From: Candidatus Sumerlaeales bacterium
Lineage (GTDB): Bacteria > Sumerlaeota > Sumerlaeia > Sumerlaeales > Sumerlaeaceae
Length of the DNA: 64,000 nt
Assembly: GCA_038243585.1 (NCBI GenBank)
Contig: JBBSQY010000011.1
Location: 1 to 64,000 of the forward strand
Direction: 5' to 3'
The first letter of the stretch is position 1, and each line of letters opens with the position of its first letter. Below, one piece after another: positions 19,295 through 28,301 of the stretch. The notes below the pieces were generated by a model. That model was not told the DNA's origin, made no database searches, and saw only the letters and a program-made list of their open reading frames with translations. The translations under genes were made by a program, and so were the position numbers.

Positions 19295-20428
19295 ATGATG
19301 GTAGCAGGCGCTTTCACGAGGTGCGGTCTGGCCGCGGCTGCGATGTATATTGTCTCCGGGGCCACGGCGCAGCAACCTCCTTTGCCGGCGGCCCGGCAAT
19401 CCGCTATCTCGACACCCGCCCCTGCGGCTCAACCGCCTGCGGCCGGACCGCCTGCAGCTGCGTCCGCCCAGGCCGGCATAAGCGATCGTCAATCGTCACT
19501 TACGGTGCAGCAGATCGTCGCTCGTCAGGAAGACAATTTCGCCAAAATTAAGAACGCCCAGGGTATCGTAGTCCATACGGAAACGCGATATAATGAGCAG
19601 GGCCAAGCCCAAACCCCCAGCACCCAATATATCTTTTTTGCGTACGAGGGTAATCGCAGCGTTACACTTACGATGCCGGAGCAGGCCGCCAGTATCTATA
19701 GAGGGTCGCAGGGACAGGTTCCCTGGAAGCAGATCACTGCGGCCTACCACGTAACCGGCGATACTGTCTACATTATACAAAAGCCGGAAGGAACTGCCTC
19801 GACCCCAACGGTCGTAGCGACATCTTTTAACCCTGCCGTGCATGAAAACAATCCGCTGGTGGCGTTTCATCCGAGGCAGGTGAGCGATGAAACCCTGCCC
19901 CTGCGCGATCTGGCGGGAGCCATTCCCAACATGGAACAGCGCCCGACAGTTTCGGATACCTTCCATGATGGAAAGCCAATGGTTCGCATTGATTTTATAA
20001 ATCCGAAAACGCCGACGGAGCGACTCTATTACATCATAGATCCGGCGCGGGGCTACCTGCCGGTGGAAATTGGCCGGGTCAGCGGGACCCAGGCCCTGAG
20101 TATGTCAAAGATTATCATTGGCAATACCCCCGACGGCACATGGATCCCAGCGCGACGCGAGCGTACCATGTATGATGGAAAAGGCAAGGGTGTAAGCCGG
20201 CAAACCTGGTATTATGAGTTTTTGGCAGTGAACGAGGGCCTGGCGGCGAAGGCCTTAAGCCTGATGTATTTTAACCTGCCGCTGACCACCAAAGTCTCGA
20301 TAGTAGGCGGTAAAACGCCGGGTGGACCTCAACAGCCCGCAGGACGACCAGTTCCGCCGCTCCCCGCGACTCCTACGCCATTGCCACAGCGGACGGCGCC
20401 CACGCCTATGAGCGTGCCTTTGAGATAG
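19295..20428 (+). CDS. Secreted hypothetical protein, beta-rich core (possibly LolA-like) with Pro-rich ends
   Basis: Signal peptide ending ATA-Q; YIIDPARGYLP and GTWIP motifs recall LolA-like/sorting folds. Start re-assigned to 19295. Confidence 0.65.
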   Translation: MMVAGAFTRCGLAAAAMYIVSGATAQQPPLPAARQSAISTPAPAAQPPAAGPPAAASAQAGISDRQSSLTVQQIVARQEDNFAKIKNAQGIVVHTETRYNEQGQAQTPSTQYIFFAYEGNRSVTLTMPEQAASIYRGSQGQVPWKQITAAYHVTGDTVYIIQKPEGTASTPTVVATSFNPAVHENNPLVAFHPRQVSDETLPLRDLAGAIPNMEQRPTVSDTFHDGKPMVRIDFINPKTPTERLYYIIDPARGYLPVEIGRVSGTQALSMSKIIIGNTPDGTWIPARRERTMYDGKGKGVSRQTWYYEFLAVNEGLAAKALSLMYFNLPLTTKVSIVGGKTPGGPQQPAGRPVPPLPATPTPLPQRTAPTPMSVPLR

Positions 20429-20477
20429 GAAATCGCCCCGGAAACACGCACCCCATGTGATTGCTATCGTCCGAAAG

Positions 20478-21500
20478 CTACTTAGCGTCCGCTTTTAGCG
20501 CCGCGGCCAGTTTTTGCGCGTTGTAACGCATTGTCAGCAAGTAGCTGCCGCGCTCCTTGTCCCCCTCAGTACCGTAGGGGTCAAGCATACTAGTGGAACC
20601 GCCTGCCGCCTTGGCGATCAGTTCCGCCACCCGCGGGTTCAATTGTGGTTCCGTAAAAATAGTGCGAATCTTGAGAGCTTTCAGCCGATCGGTAACCGTT
20701 CGAAGGTATTTCTCGCTCGGGGTTTTGCCTGCATATTCTTCTATTACTGCGGCAATTTTTAAATGATAACGCCGGGCGAGATAAGGCCAGGCATTGTGAA
20801 AAGAAACAAAAGCCTGCCCTGCGTAGGGCTCCAGCATAGCCGCCACCTCGGCGTCCATATCTTTCAGATCCTGCAGATACTTGTCTGCGTTGGCCGCGTA
20901 AACGGCTTCACCGTCCGGATCGATCTTAGTCAGCGCGTCTCTAATAATTACCACCGATTCTATTACGAGTTGCGGGTCCAGCCAGAAGTGTGGATTTACA
21001 TCTCCGTGGTTGTGACCTTTATGTTCATGCCCATTATGATTGCCAGGACCATGTGCCTCTTCTGCTCCCACGTTCTCCACAGACTCATCCAGGTGCGCCA
21101 CATCTGGAAGTTTCGCGGCCTCCAGAAGCATATTGCCGATGCTGATCACCTGCGGTCCGTTGGCTCCCGCAGATTTCACAAGACTTGCTCCCCAGTCGTC
21201 CATGTTCAGGCCTGTTTTCAAAAACAGTCGTGACCGGGCAATCAGGCGCATGTCTCGCGGAGCCGGATCAAATGTGTGTGGACTGGCTCCCGCAGGCAAT
21301 AATGTTTCCACATAAACGCGCTCTCCACCCACCTGCCTCGTCCAGTCGGCCAGCGGAAAGACCGTCGCCACAACCACGACTTTTCCTTCCGCTTCTGGTA
21401 ACGCGTCGCCGCGCTTTACGCAACCCGATGTCAGCGCTAAACAGCACAACAATATTGAAACGAGCACCGGATTAAAGCGGTTATTAAGATAAAGACGCAT
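20478..21500 (-). CDS. Zn/Mn ABC substrate-binding lipoprotein (ZnuA/TroA family)
   Basis: Lipobox TSGC, GASPHTF, His-rich loop, NPHFWLDP, FHNAW.Y, FTEPQ, LDP. Confidence 0.93.
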   Translation of the reverse strand: MRLYLNNRFNPVLVSILLCCLALTSGCVKRGDALPEAEGKVVVVATVFPLADWTRQVGGERVYVETLLPAGASPHTFDPAPRDMRLIARSRLFLKTGLNMDDWGASLVKSAGANGPQVISIGNMLLEAAKLPDVAHLDESVENVGAEEAHGPGNHNGHEHKGHNHGDVNPHFWLDPQLVIESVVIIRDALTKIDPDGEAVYAANADKYLQDLKDMDAEVAAMLEPYAGQAFVSFHNAWPYLARRYHLKIAAVIEEYAGKTPSEKYLRTVTDRLKALKIRTIFTEPQLNPRVAELIAKAAGGSTSMLDPYGTEGDKERGSYLLTMRYNAQKLAAALKADAK

Positions 21501-21592
21501 ATTTTTATTGATCTTCTTATTGGAAGGCGATAGACGCTTTGTTTACTGATTGCGGAAACTGATATTCGATTATCGATTGTTGAGGTTGGGAA

Positions 21593-21997
21593 ATGAAACA
21601 CGTTCGACTGCTGGCCCTGAGTGCTATGGTTTTTGCGATTTGCGCGAGCGGCTTTGCGCGCGGTCCATTTTATCCTGAAAATACCGGCGCAAAAAAATCC
21701 CGTAAGTTTGCTCGTGGATTTGTTAACACCTTGTTTTTCTGGGCTGAAGTTCCCAAGGAAGTCAATCGCGACTGGCAGAACGTGGATCCGCTGACCGGTG
21801 TGGTTACTGGAACTGGCAAAGGTATGTATAAAGGCGCGCAACGTTTCGGTGCGGGCGTATATGAAATGGTGACATTCCGTAAAGATCAACCGGCCAACTA
21901 TCAGCCGCTGATATACCCGGAAGTTGTTTTGGAAGACGGATATGACTGGGGCGCTGAAGAATATTATCATCAGCAGCGGTCGTCGAATCTATATTAA
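21593..21997 (+). CDS. TIGR04073-like (exosortase system-associated) secreted protein
   Basis: Signal peptide, K.ARG..N...W.EVPK, G..R.GAGVYE.VTF pattern. Confidence 0.75.
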   Translation: MKHVRLLALSAMVFAICASGFARGPFYPENTGAKKSRKFARGFVNTLFFWAEVPKEVNRDWQNVDPLTGVVTGTGKGMYKGAQRFGAGVYEMVTFRKDQPANYQPLIYPEVVLEDGYDWGAEEYYHQQRSSNLY

Positions 21998-22063
21998 TTT
22001 TTGCTGGACAAACGTAGAACGCTCAAAGTAGAGTTGAGGTTAAGGTTAAGGAGATTGTTGAAA

Positions 22064-22486
22064 ATGATGACGAGAAAATGCTTTGGCATCGCGACTGCTG
22101 TCGCCGCTGTATGTCTGCTGGGCAACGTGGCGAGCGCGCAGATGTATGGCGATGAATACCGTGATCAAAGCGCGTTTGGAAAAATGCAGAACAAACTGGG
22201 TCGCGGCCTTGCGAACATGGCTACGGGTTTTGTTGAAGTTCCTAAAAATATCAGCCGCGAATGGCGCAAGAGCGATCCGGCCACCGGTATTATTGTCGGC
22301 GGCGTAAAGGGCATCGGCTGGGGCTTTACGCGTTTTGCAACTGGCGCGTATGAAACGTTTACGTTTCCTGTTCCGTCACCGGCTAATTACGAGCCACTGA
22401 TGTACCCAGAGACTCCGCTTCCAGATGTCTGGGGCGAGCAGCTTCCTTATTTCGACCGCGACGGCGATCCTCGCCTGACGCTGTAG
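22064..22486 (+). CDS. TIGR04073-like (exosortase system-associated) secreted protein, paralog
   Basis: KLGRGLANMATGFVEVPKNI...RFATGAYETFTFPVP; AAGGAG RBS; start re-assigned. Confidence 0.8.
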   Translation: MMTRKCFGIATAVAAVCLLGNVASAQMYGDEYRDQSAFGKMQNKLGRGLANMATGFVEVPKNISREWRKSDPATGIIVGGVKGIGWGFTRFATGAYETFTFPVPSPANYEPLMYPETPLPDVWGEQLPYFDRDGDPRLTL

Positions 22487-22513
22487 TACTAGTTTAAGAA
22501 GGTTATTTTTTTT

Positions 22514-22555
22514 GGCGGTGATCAGATAGATTTTTATCTGTTCACCGTCTTTTCT
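22514..22555 (+). terminator. Intrinsic terminator
   Basis: Imperfect hairpin ggcggtga..cagata/tatctg..tcaccgtc followed by a T-run. Confidence 0.65.
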
Positions 22556-22628
22556 GTTTTCAGGAATGGCTCTGACATGTGGTTAAGATTGGATATAAAA
22601 TGTTAAAATTAGAGTTTAAAATAGCGTA

Positions 22629-23573
22629 ATGGAAAAACAGGCATCAGCGACTGATACAGTACACGGGCAGGCACCCGCACTGATCCGGAAGTTTACGTCA
22701 GCAAAATATTTAAAGCCGATTATTAGCCAGGCGTTGCAAGAGGATCTTGGAACTGGAGATTTGACTGAAGGCCTTTTCGCATCATCGCCGAAGACAGAAA
22801 ACGCGAAACTTGTGGCGAAGGCAGACGGCATTTTAAGTGGCAGCTACCTAGTGGACGCGGTTTACCGCCATCTGCACCCTCGTATAAAAGTAAAATGGAA
22901 TTTCAAGGACGGGGAGCCGATTAAAAAAGGTCAGGTGCTGGCAACTATTGCAGGTCCCATTGCAGCACTTCTGCAAGGTGAACGCGTGGCTTTAAATTTT
23001 TTGCAGCGTATGTCCGGTATCGCCACGTTGACAGGGCAATTTGTTGCTTTAATTGGCAAAGGCAAAAGTAAGCCGCGAATCTATGATACCCGCAAGACGA
23101 CTCCCCTGCTGCGGGCTTTTGAAAAAAAGGCCGTTGTGGATGGCGGGGGAAGCAGCCACAGGTTTGCACTTTACGATATGGCGATGCTGAAAGATAACCA
23201 CATTGACGCGGCAGGCGGGATCAGCGAGGCTGTGCAAAGCCTTGGGGAAAGTGGTTTCTTCGACAGACGACCGCGCCTTGGCCTGTGTATCGAAGTCCGC
23301 AGCCTCGACGAGGCTTTAGAAGCTATTGGATGTCGGGCGGACATCATTATGCTGGATAACATGTCGCCCGCAACGATTCGAACGACAGCAGACAAGCTGA
23401 AACGCAGGGCCAGGAGTCTCGGAATTAGGATGCCGGAACTGGAAATCAGTGGAGGGATAACTGTCAAAAATATTAAAAAGTACAGTGAGCTTCCAGTACA
23501 ACGTATCAGCGTGGGAGCGCTTACACACAGTGCTCCAGCCCTCGACATTTCTATGCTGTTTGCAAGACCGTGA
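22629..23573 (+). CDS. nadC: Nicotinate-nucleotide diphosphorylase (carboxylating)
   Basis: EDLG.GDLT, ERVALNFLQRMSGIAT, DTRKTTP, LKDNH, IMLDNM, ISVGALTHS. Confidence 0.96.
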   Translation: MEKQASATDTVHGQAPALIRKFTSAKYLKPIISQALQEDLGTGDLTEGLFASSPKTENAKLVAKADGILSGSYLVDAVYRHLHPRIKVKWNFKDGEPIKKGQVLATIAGPIAALLQGERVALNFLQRMSGIATLTGQFVALIGKGKSKPRIYDTRKTTPLLRAFEKKAVVDGGGSSHRFALYDMAMLKDNHIDAAGGISEAVQSLGESGFFDRRPRLGLCIEVRSLDEALEAIGCRADIIMLDNMSPATIRTTADKLKRRARSLGIRMPELEISGGITVKNIKKYSELPVQRISVGALTHSAPALDISMLFARP

Positions 23574-23629
23574 TTAATCCGTTTGTTAATTAGCTTGCCT
23601 GCGGTCCTGTCAGGCGCTCCAGTTGTCTT

Positions 23630-24475
23630 ATGAAAACCGCAATCCTTGGACTTGGAATAATTGGCAGCGCCTGGGCAAAGAATCTTATTGCTGACGGCTT
23701 AGACGTTTCGTGCTGGAATCGCACTGCGAAGGAATTCCCTGGCAGTGTTTCCACCCCTGCGGAAGCTGTCGATGGTGCTGACTCTATACTTGTTGTGGTG
23801 TCTGATCCGGAAGCTGTTCAATGCGTGGTTTCTGCAATCCTTCCTGTGCTGCGAAATGGTCAAACTGTGATTCAATCGTCTACCATTTCACCCAGCTGGT
23901 CGCGCGACTTTGCTCACCAGATTGAAACAACCGGAGCTAAGTTTTTAGAGGCTCCATTTACGGGCAGCAAGCCGGCGGCTGAGGATCGGAAAACCGTTTT
24001 TTACCTGGGCGGGACACCGGAAGTGGTGGCAGAGACAACTCCCCTACTGGCACGGCTTAGCAGTACAATCATGCACGTTGGACCTCTCGGCTCAGCGTCG
24101 TCTCTTAAGTTGGCGATGAACTTGAACCTGGCTGGGATTTCTCAGGCGCTAGCGGAAAGTCTGACACTTGCTCGCGCCGAAGGCATACCTGACGATGTGT
24201 TTTTTGATGCGCTAAGAGTCAACGCCGGACGTTCCGGCTTTTCCGATATGAAAGAGACGAAGTTGCGCGAGCGCGATTACTCTGCTCAGTTCAGTGTCAA
24301 ACACATGGGAAAAGATCTGCGCCTTGCTTTGGAAACGGCATCAAACGCCCAGGTGATTCTGCCACAGACTAAGCAGCTTTATGACGAAGTATACGCCCGC
24401 GGACTAGAAACCGGTTTGGGCGATCAGGATTTTACCGGGTTAATCCAGTTACTTGAAGATAAGCGTAGTGATTAA
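23630..24475 (+). CDS. NAD(P)-dependent oxidoreductase, 3-hydroxyisobutyrate dehydrogenase family
   Basis: GLGIIG, WNRT, SSTISP, EAPFTGS, KLAMN, KDLRLA. Confidence 0.9.
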   Translation: MKTAILGLGIIGSAWAKNLIADGLDVSCWNRTAKEFPGSVSTPAEAVDGADSILVVVSDPEAVQCVVSAILPVLRNGQTVIQSSTISPSWSRDFAHQIETTGAKFLEAPFTGSKPAAEDRKTVFYLGGTPEVVAETTPLLARLSSTIMHVGPLGSASSLKLAMNLNLAGISQALAESLTLARAEGIPDDVFFDALRVNAGRSGFSDMKETKLRERDYSAQFSVKHMGKDLRLALETASNAQVILPQTKQLYDEVYARGLETGLGDQDFTGLIQLLEDKRSD

Positions 24476-24540
24476 AATCCTGCTGGTGCATAGCAAAATC
24501 ATTCTTTTTCCCATCATGCAATAAAGAGAGGTCAGTGAAA

Positions 24541-25320
24541 ATGAATGCATCGAAATGCTTGCGAAAAACGTTTTTAAGCTTATCCATTTTTCTTTCGGTT
24601 GCTGGTTTCGCTGCGGCACAAACAGGAACTGATCCTGGTTTAACTAGTAGACCACTTGCGCAAAGTGCTGTTGAGACTCTAACCGCTGAATTCGGACCGC
24701 GTTTGCTCGCTTCCCGATATATGGAGAAGAATACCAAACCGGTTGAATGGCCGGGGTACGAGGGGCTCCCGACTCTGTTATGTGAGTATTCTGTAACAGA
24801 CAAAAAGACGAGCATTACCAAGAGCGCGCCTGTTGTACTGCTAAATCCGCCTCCGGAAATGCTGGCCGGCTGGATAGTCGACGCCTGCATCCAAGCATCT
24901 GGCACATTTGTACTGGACGATGCACGTAAATTTTTCAACCACGTAATCAGCCAGTCGGGGGGACAGTTTCCGGTGGCGGGCGTCGTGTATGAAGACATGG
25001 AAGGTGACGGGCTGATGAAGGCCTATTGCTTCCGTGATGGAGTCACTGTACGCGTCGACGGTATGGTTCACCGAACAACTGCGCCACTGACCATCGCCGA
25101 GCGTGAAGCGTCCCTTCGTGGGCCCGTTAACCGAGTTTATACCTATGCCAGAATCGCCAGTACCAGTCCTAATGATTATAAAGCCGCAGGCGGAACCGTG
25201 GATGTCGGCGATAACCAGGAGCGGAAACTGGCTTGGTTAGAAGTGGTGCGCGATGCCTACACTAAAGCGTGGAAAACCGGCCGCAATGATCTTTTTGTGC
25301 AGTGGTTGAAAAATCACTAG
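24541..25320 (+). CDS. Secreted hypothetical protein
   Basis: Signal peptide (AGFAAA-Q); GAGAGG RBS; globular composition; no family recognised. Confidence 0.75.
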   Translation: MNASKCLRKTFLSLSIFLSVAGFAAAQTGTDPGLTSRPLAQSAVETLTAEFGPRLLASRYMEKNTKPVEWPGYEGLPTLLCEYSVTDKKTSITKSAPVVLLNPPPEMLAGWIVDACIQASGTFVLDDARKFFNHVISQSGGQFPVAGVVYEDMEGDGLMKAYCFRDGVTVRVDGMVHRTTAPLTIAEREASLRGPVNRVYTYARIASTSPNDYKAAGGTVDVGDNQERKLAWLEVVRDAYTKAWKTGRNDLFVQWLKNH

Positions 25321-25464
25321 TACTTTTGGACGAGGAATCAACTCTGTTCCGTTGCCGAGACTAACGCTGAAGCGGTAACAAGGCCACGCTGAAGCGCACT
25401 ATAATCTTTTACCAATCCCAACACCCCTCATAAATGAGGGTGCAAAGAGGGATCCGGCTAAAGG

Positions 25465-25534
25465 CGGAAACTCGTAGTCATAATCACCGGAAAATCGTGG
25501 TCATAACCCATCGGAACCTTGTAGTCATAGTCAT
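25465..25534. repeat. Three imperfect 23-24 bp tandem repeats
   Basis: cggaaactcgtagtcataatcac / cggaaaatcgtggtcataacccat / cggaaccttgtagtcatagtcat. Confidence 0.8.
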
Positions 25535-25611
25535 TCATGCATTCTGCTGAGTCGCGTGCTTCATTTTGCTGAAGTGCGCCGTTTAGGCGGCGGTGTTCCT
25601 ATTATTTAAAC

Positions 25612-25647
25612 AAAAAAAACGCCCCGAGGCAATAAGCTCGGGGCGTT
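25612..25647 (-). terminator. glnA intrinsic terminator
   Basis: Hairpin aacgccccgag/ctcggggcgtt preceded by an A8 run on the + strand. Confidence 0.85.
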
Positions 25648-25718
25648 AAATTATGTTGGCATATCAGATATCAATTGCTTGCAGGTGATCTGAAAGCCTG
25701 TCACGGTGTTCCGTTTAA

Positions 25719-27161
25719 TCAGACTTCGAAATACATCTGGAACTCGTGTGGGTGAGGACGAAGTTTTAGCGGAGCGACTTCATTTTCCCGTTTGTAGCTT
25801 ATGTACGAATCAATGAGTTCCTTGCTAAACACGTCACCCTTCAGCAAGAAATCCTGATCGGCCACAAGGGCGTCAAGAGCTGCTTCTAGGCTTGCCGGCA
25901 CCTGAGGAACGCTCCGGGCTTCCTCTGGTGGCAGGTCGTAGATATTTTTATCCAGAGAATTGCCCGGATGGATTTTGTTCTGGATGCCGTCCAGGCCGGC
26001 CATAACTATGGCCGAGAATGCGAGGTATGGATTGGCAGACGGATCTGGCGGACGAAACTCGACGCGCTTGGCGGCTTCGTTACCGTGGTACATGGGTATG
26101 CGGATTGCAGCGGAGCGGTTGCGCATGGAATAGGCAAGGTTTACCGGAGCTTCATAGCCAGGAACGAGGCGACGATAGCTGTTAGTGGTGGGGCTGGTGA
26201 AGGCAAGCACTGCCGCAGCGTGCTTCAAAACGCCGCCAATGAAGTAAAGGGCAGTGTCGCTCAGACCAGCGTAACCGGTTCCGGAGAACAAATTTTTGCC
26301 GCCGTTCCAAAGCGAGCAGTGAACGTGCATCCCGCTGCCGTTGTCGCCAAACATTGGCTTAGGCATAAATGTCGCGGTTTTGCCCCATTGGTTGGCCGTG
26401 TTCTTAATCACGTATTTATATTTGATGGCCTGGTCGGCAATCTTTAACAGCGTGTTGAAACGGATGGCCAGTTCGCACTGACCGCCGGAAGCCACTTCGT
26501 GATGGGCAGCTTCAACTGTAATGCCGGTCTTCATTAGATTAAGAGCCATTTCGCTGCGGAGATCCGTCAGCGTATCTGTCGGGGCAACGGGAATATATCC
26601 GCCTTTGAAACCAGGGCGGTTGCCCAGGTTCGGGTTTCCGTCTTCATGGGGGCGGCCGGTGTTCCAGGCGCCTTCGTCGCTGAGGATTTCGTAGAAGCTG
26701 CCCTGAGGCTTGCTCTCAAAACGGATTCCGTCGAACACAAAAAATTCCAGTTCGGGACCGACGTAAATGGTGTCGGCAATGCCGAGGGATTTTGCGTAAT
26801 TTTCGCAATTAATCGCGACGCCGCGGGGATCGCGATTATAGCGTTCCTTGGTAATAGGGTCAAGAATACTGCATGTGAGTGACATAGTCGGGTGCATGGT
26901 GAAGGGGTCAATAAATGCTGTTTCAGGATCAGGCATGAAGAGCATGTCTGACTCATTGATGGCGCGCCAACCACGAATGGATGATCCATCGAAACCGAGA
27001 CCGTTTTCGAAAATATCCTCGTCAAGCCGCTGACGGGGAATTGTAAGGTGGTGCCAAGTGCCGAGCATGTCGATAAATTTAAAATCGACAAATTCTATCT
27101 TCTGGGCATCCGCCAGCTTTAAAACGTCTTTGGGAGACTTGGGACCGTCTTCCTGATTCAT
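25719..27161 (-). CDS. glnA: Glutamine synthetase type I (GSI-beta)
   Basis: FDGSSI.G, HHEVA, ATFMPKP.FGDNGSGMH, RLVPGYEAP, NRSAAIRIP, adenylylation-site motif NIYDLP. Confidence 0.98.
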   Translation of the reverse strand: MNQEDGPKSPKDVLKLADAQKIEFVDFKFIDMLGTWHHLTIPRQRLDEDIFENGLGFDGSSIRGWRAINESDMLFMPDPETAFIDPFTMHPTMSLTCSILDPITKERYNRDPRGVAINCENYAKSLGIADTIYVGPELEFFVFDGIRFESKPQGSFYEILSDEGAWNTGRPHEDGNPNLGNRPGFKGGYIPVAPTDTLTDLRSEMALNLMKTGITVEAAHHEVASGGQCELAIRFNTLLKIADQAIKYKYVIKNTANQWGKTATFMPKPMFGDNGSGMHVHCSLWNGGKNLFSGTGYAGLSDTALYFIGGVLKHAAAVLAFTSPTTNSYRRLVPGYEAPVNLAYSMRNRSAAIRIPMYHGNEAAKRVEFRPPDPSANPYLAFSAIVMAGLDGIQNKIHPGNSLDKNIYDLPPEEARSVPQVPASLEAALDALVADQDFLLKGDVFSKELIDSYISYKRENEVAPLKLRPHPHEFQMYFEV

Positions 27162-27362
27162 GAAAATTGCTCCTTGCCAGTTATCAGTCGCTTCCGAAGA
27201 ACTATTTGATTTTGATCAACAGTTGGTTCTGAGCGCGTATGATTAGTGAAAACATACCCCTTAAAGAATTTATTTCTCAAAACCAATAGAAATATTTGTG
27301 GTTCTTTTTAACCACATTGAATCTATCAACTAGTACAAGTAGTGGTGCGCTGAATGAAATGA

Positions 27363-28145
27363 ATGGAGCCGAATGTTGTTACGCCGTTTATGCCCACCAT
27401 ACCTAACTGTATTCTTGTGCCGGGACGCGACAACCTTGATCAGTTTGAGAAAACTTATCTGAAGAAGTCGACGTCGTGGGTTGGTCCTGACGTGGTGTTG
27501 TTGACGGCGCCTGATGGAGTGAAATTCGTCATGAAGGACTGGGGGGCTCGTTCTCTCCTGTTTCGGGGCACATGGTGCCGTGTGGCCGCGTCTCGCGAAA
27601 TAAAGGTTTACCAAAAACTGCGCGGAATGAAGGGTGTGCCGCAGCTGATCTCCACGTTGGGCAGCCATGGCTTCGTTATGGAGTGGCTGGACGCACGGAC
27701 GTTGCCGGTTACCAAACTGCGGGATTTACTGGGTCTGGAGTTTTTTCAAGACCTGACGGAAACCGTTGCTGAAATGCACAGCCGCGGGGTGGCTCATGGG
27801 GATTTGCGCCGGCGCAATATATTGCGAGGGCTGGACGGAACGCCAAAACTTATCGACTTCGAAACCGCCGTACATGCGGAAAAAAGCCCTGGAGGCGGAT
27901 GGCTTTTTCGGGCCGTTTCAACCATTGATAATATTACGATTCTTAAAATTCGGGCGCGTTATTTCCCCGACAGCGTAACTTCGGAGGAGCGTCAGCTTCT
28001 GGACGAGGTGCCCTGGCATCTGGCCGCTGGTCGATTTTTAAGAAAGAAAATTTACGCGCCGTTGACAAAAAAAGGCTACAGAAAGCGCGTAAGACAACGG
28101 CGAAACCGACAAAAAAGCAAGAGCACCAACGACACGCAGAATTAA
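27363..28145 (+). CDS. RIO/Kdo-kinase-like protein kinase-fold enzyme
   Basis: VMKDW, RE, VP.L, VMEW, HGDL..RNIL, LIDF; basic C-terminal tail. Confidence 0.8.
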   Translation: MEPNVVTPFMPTIPNCILVPGRDNLDQFEKTYLKKSTSWVGPDVVLLTAPDGVKFVMKDWGARSLLFRGTWCRVAASREIKVYQKLRGMKGVPQLISTLGSHGFVMEWLDARTLPVTKLRDLLGLEFFQDLTETVAEMHSRGVAHGDLRRRNILRGLDGTPKLIDFETAVHAEKSPGGGWLFRAVSTIDNITILKIRARYFPDSVTSEERQLLDEVPWHLAAGRFLRKKIYAPLTKKGYRKRVRQRRNRQKSKSTNDTQN

Positions 28146-28243
28146 GGCAGCCGGGACTAAATTGTCCAGCCTTCTCCCGTTGCGGTAGCTTGTCGTGTCA
28201 GGGCCCTGCCCGCGTTTATTAAGAAACTAGCCTTAGCCTATTA

Positions 28244-28258
28244 CGGCACGGAGTTGGC
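28244..28258 (+). promoter_or_regulatory. Candidate sigma54 promoter
   Basis: CGGCACGGAGTTGGC (GG-N10-GC, GGCACG -24 box), 43 nt before the CDF start. Confidence 0.5.
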
Positions 28259-28301
28259 GTAGCCATGCATATCCATATAATAGGAAAAGAGAATACCACC
28301 G

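Noticed and set aside
25465..25534. Possible mini-CRISPR
   Set aside because: The units are contiguous with no spacers, and no cas genes are present.
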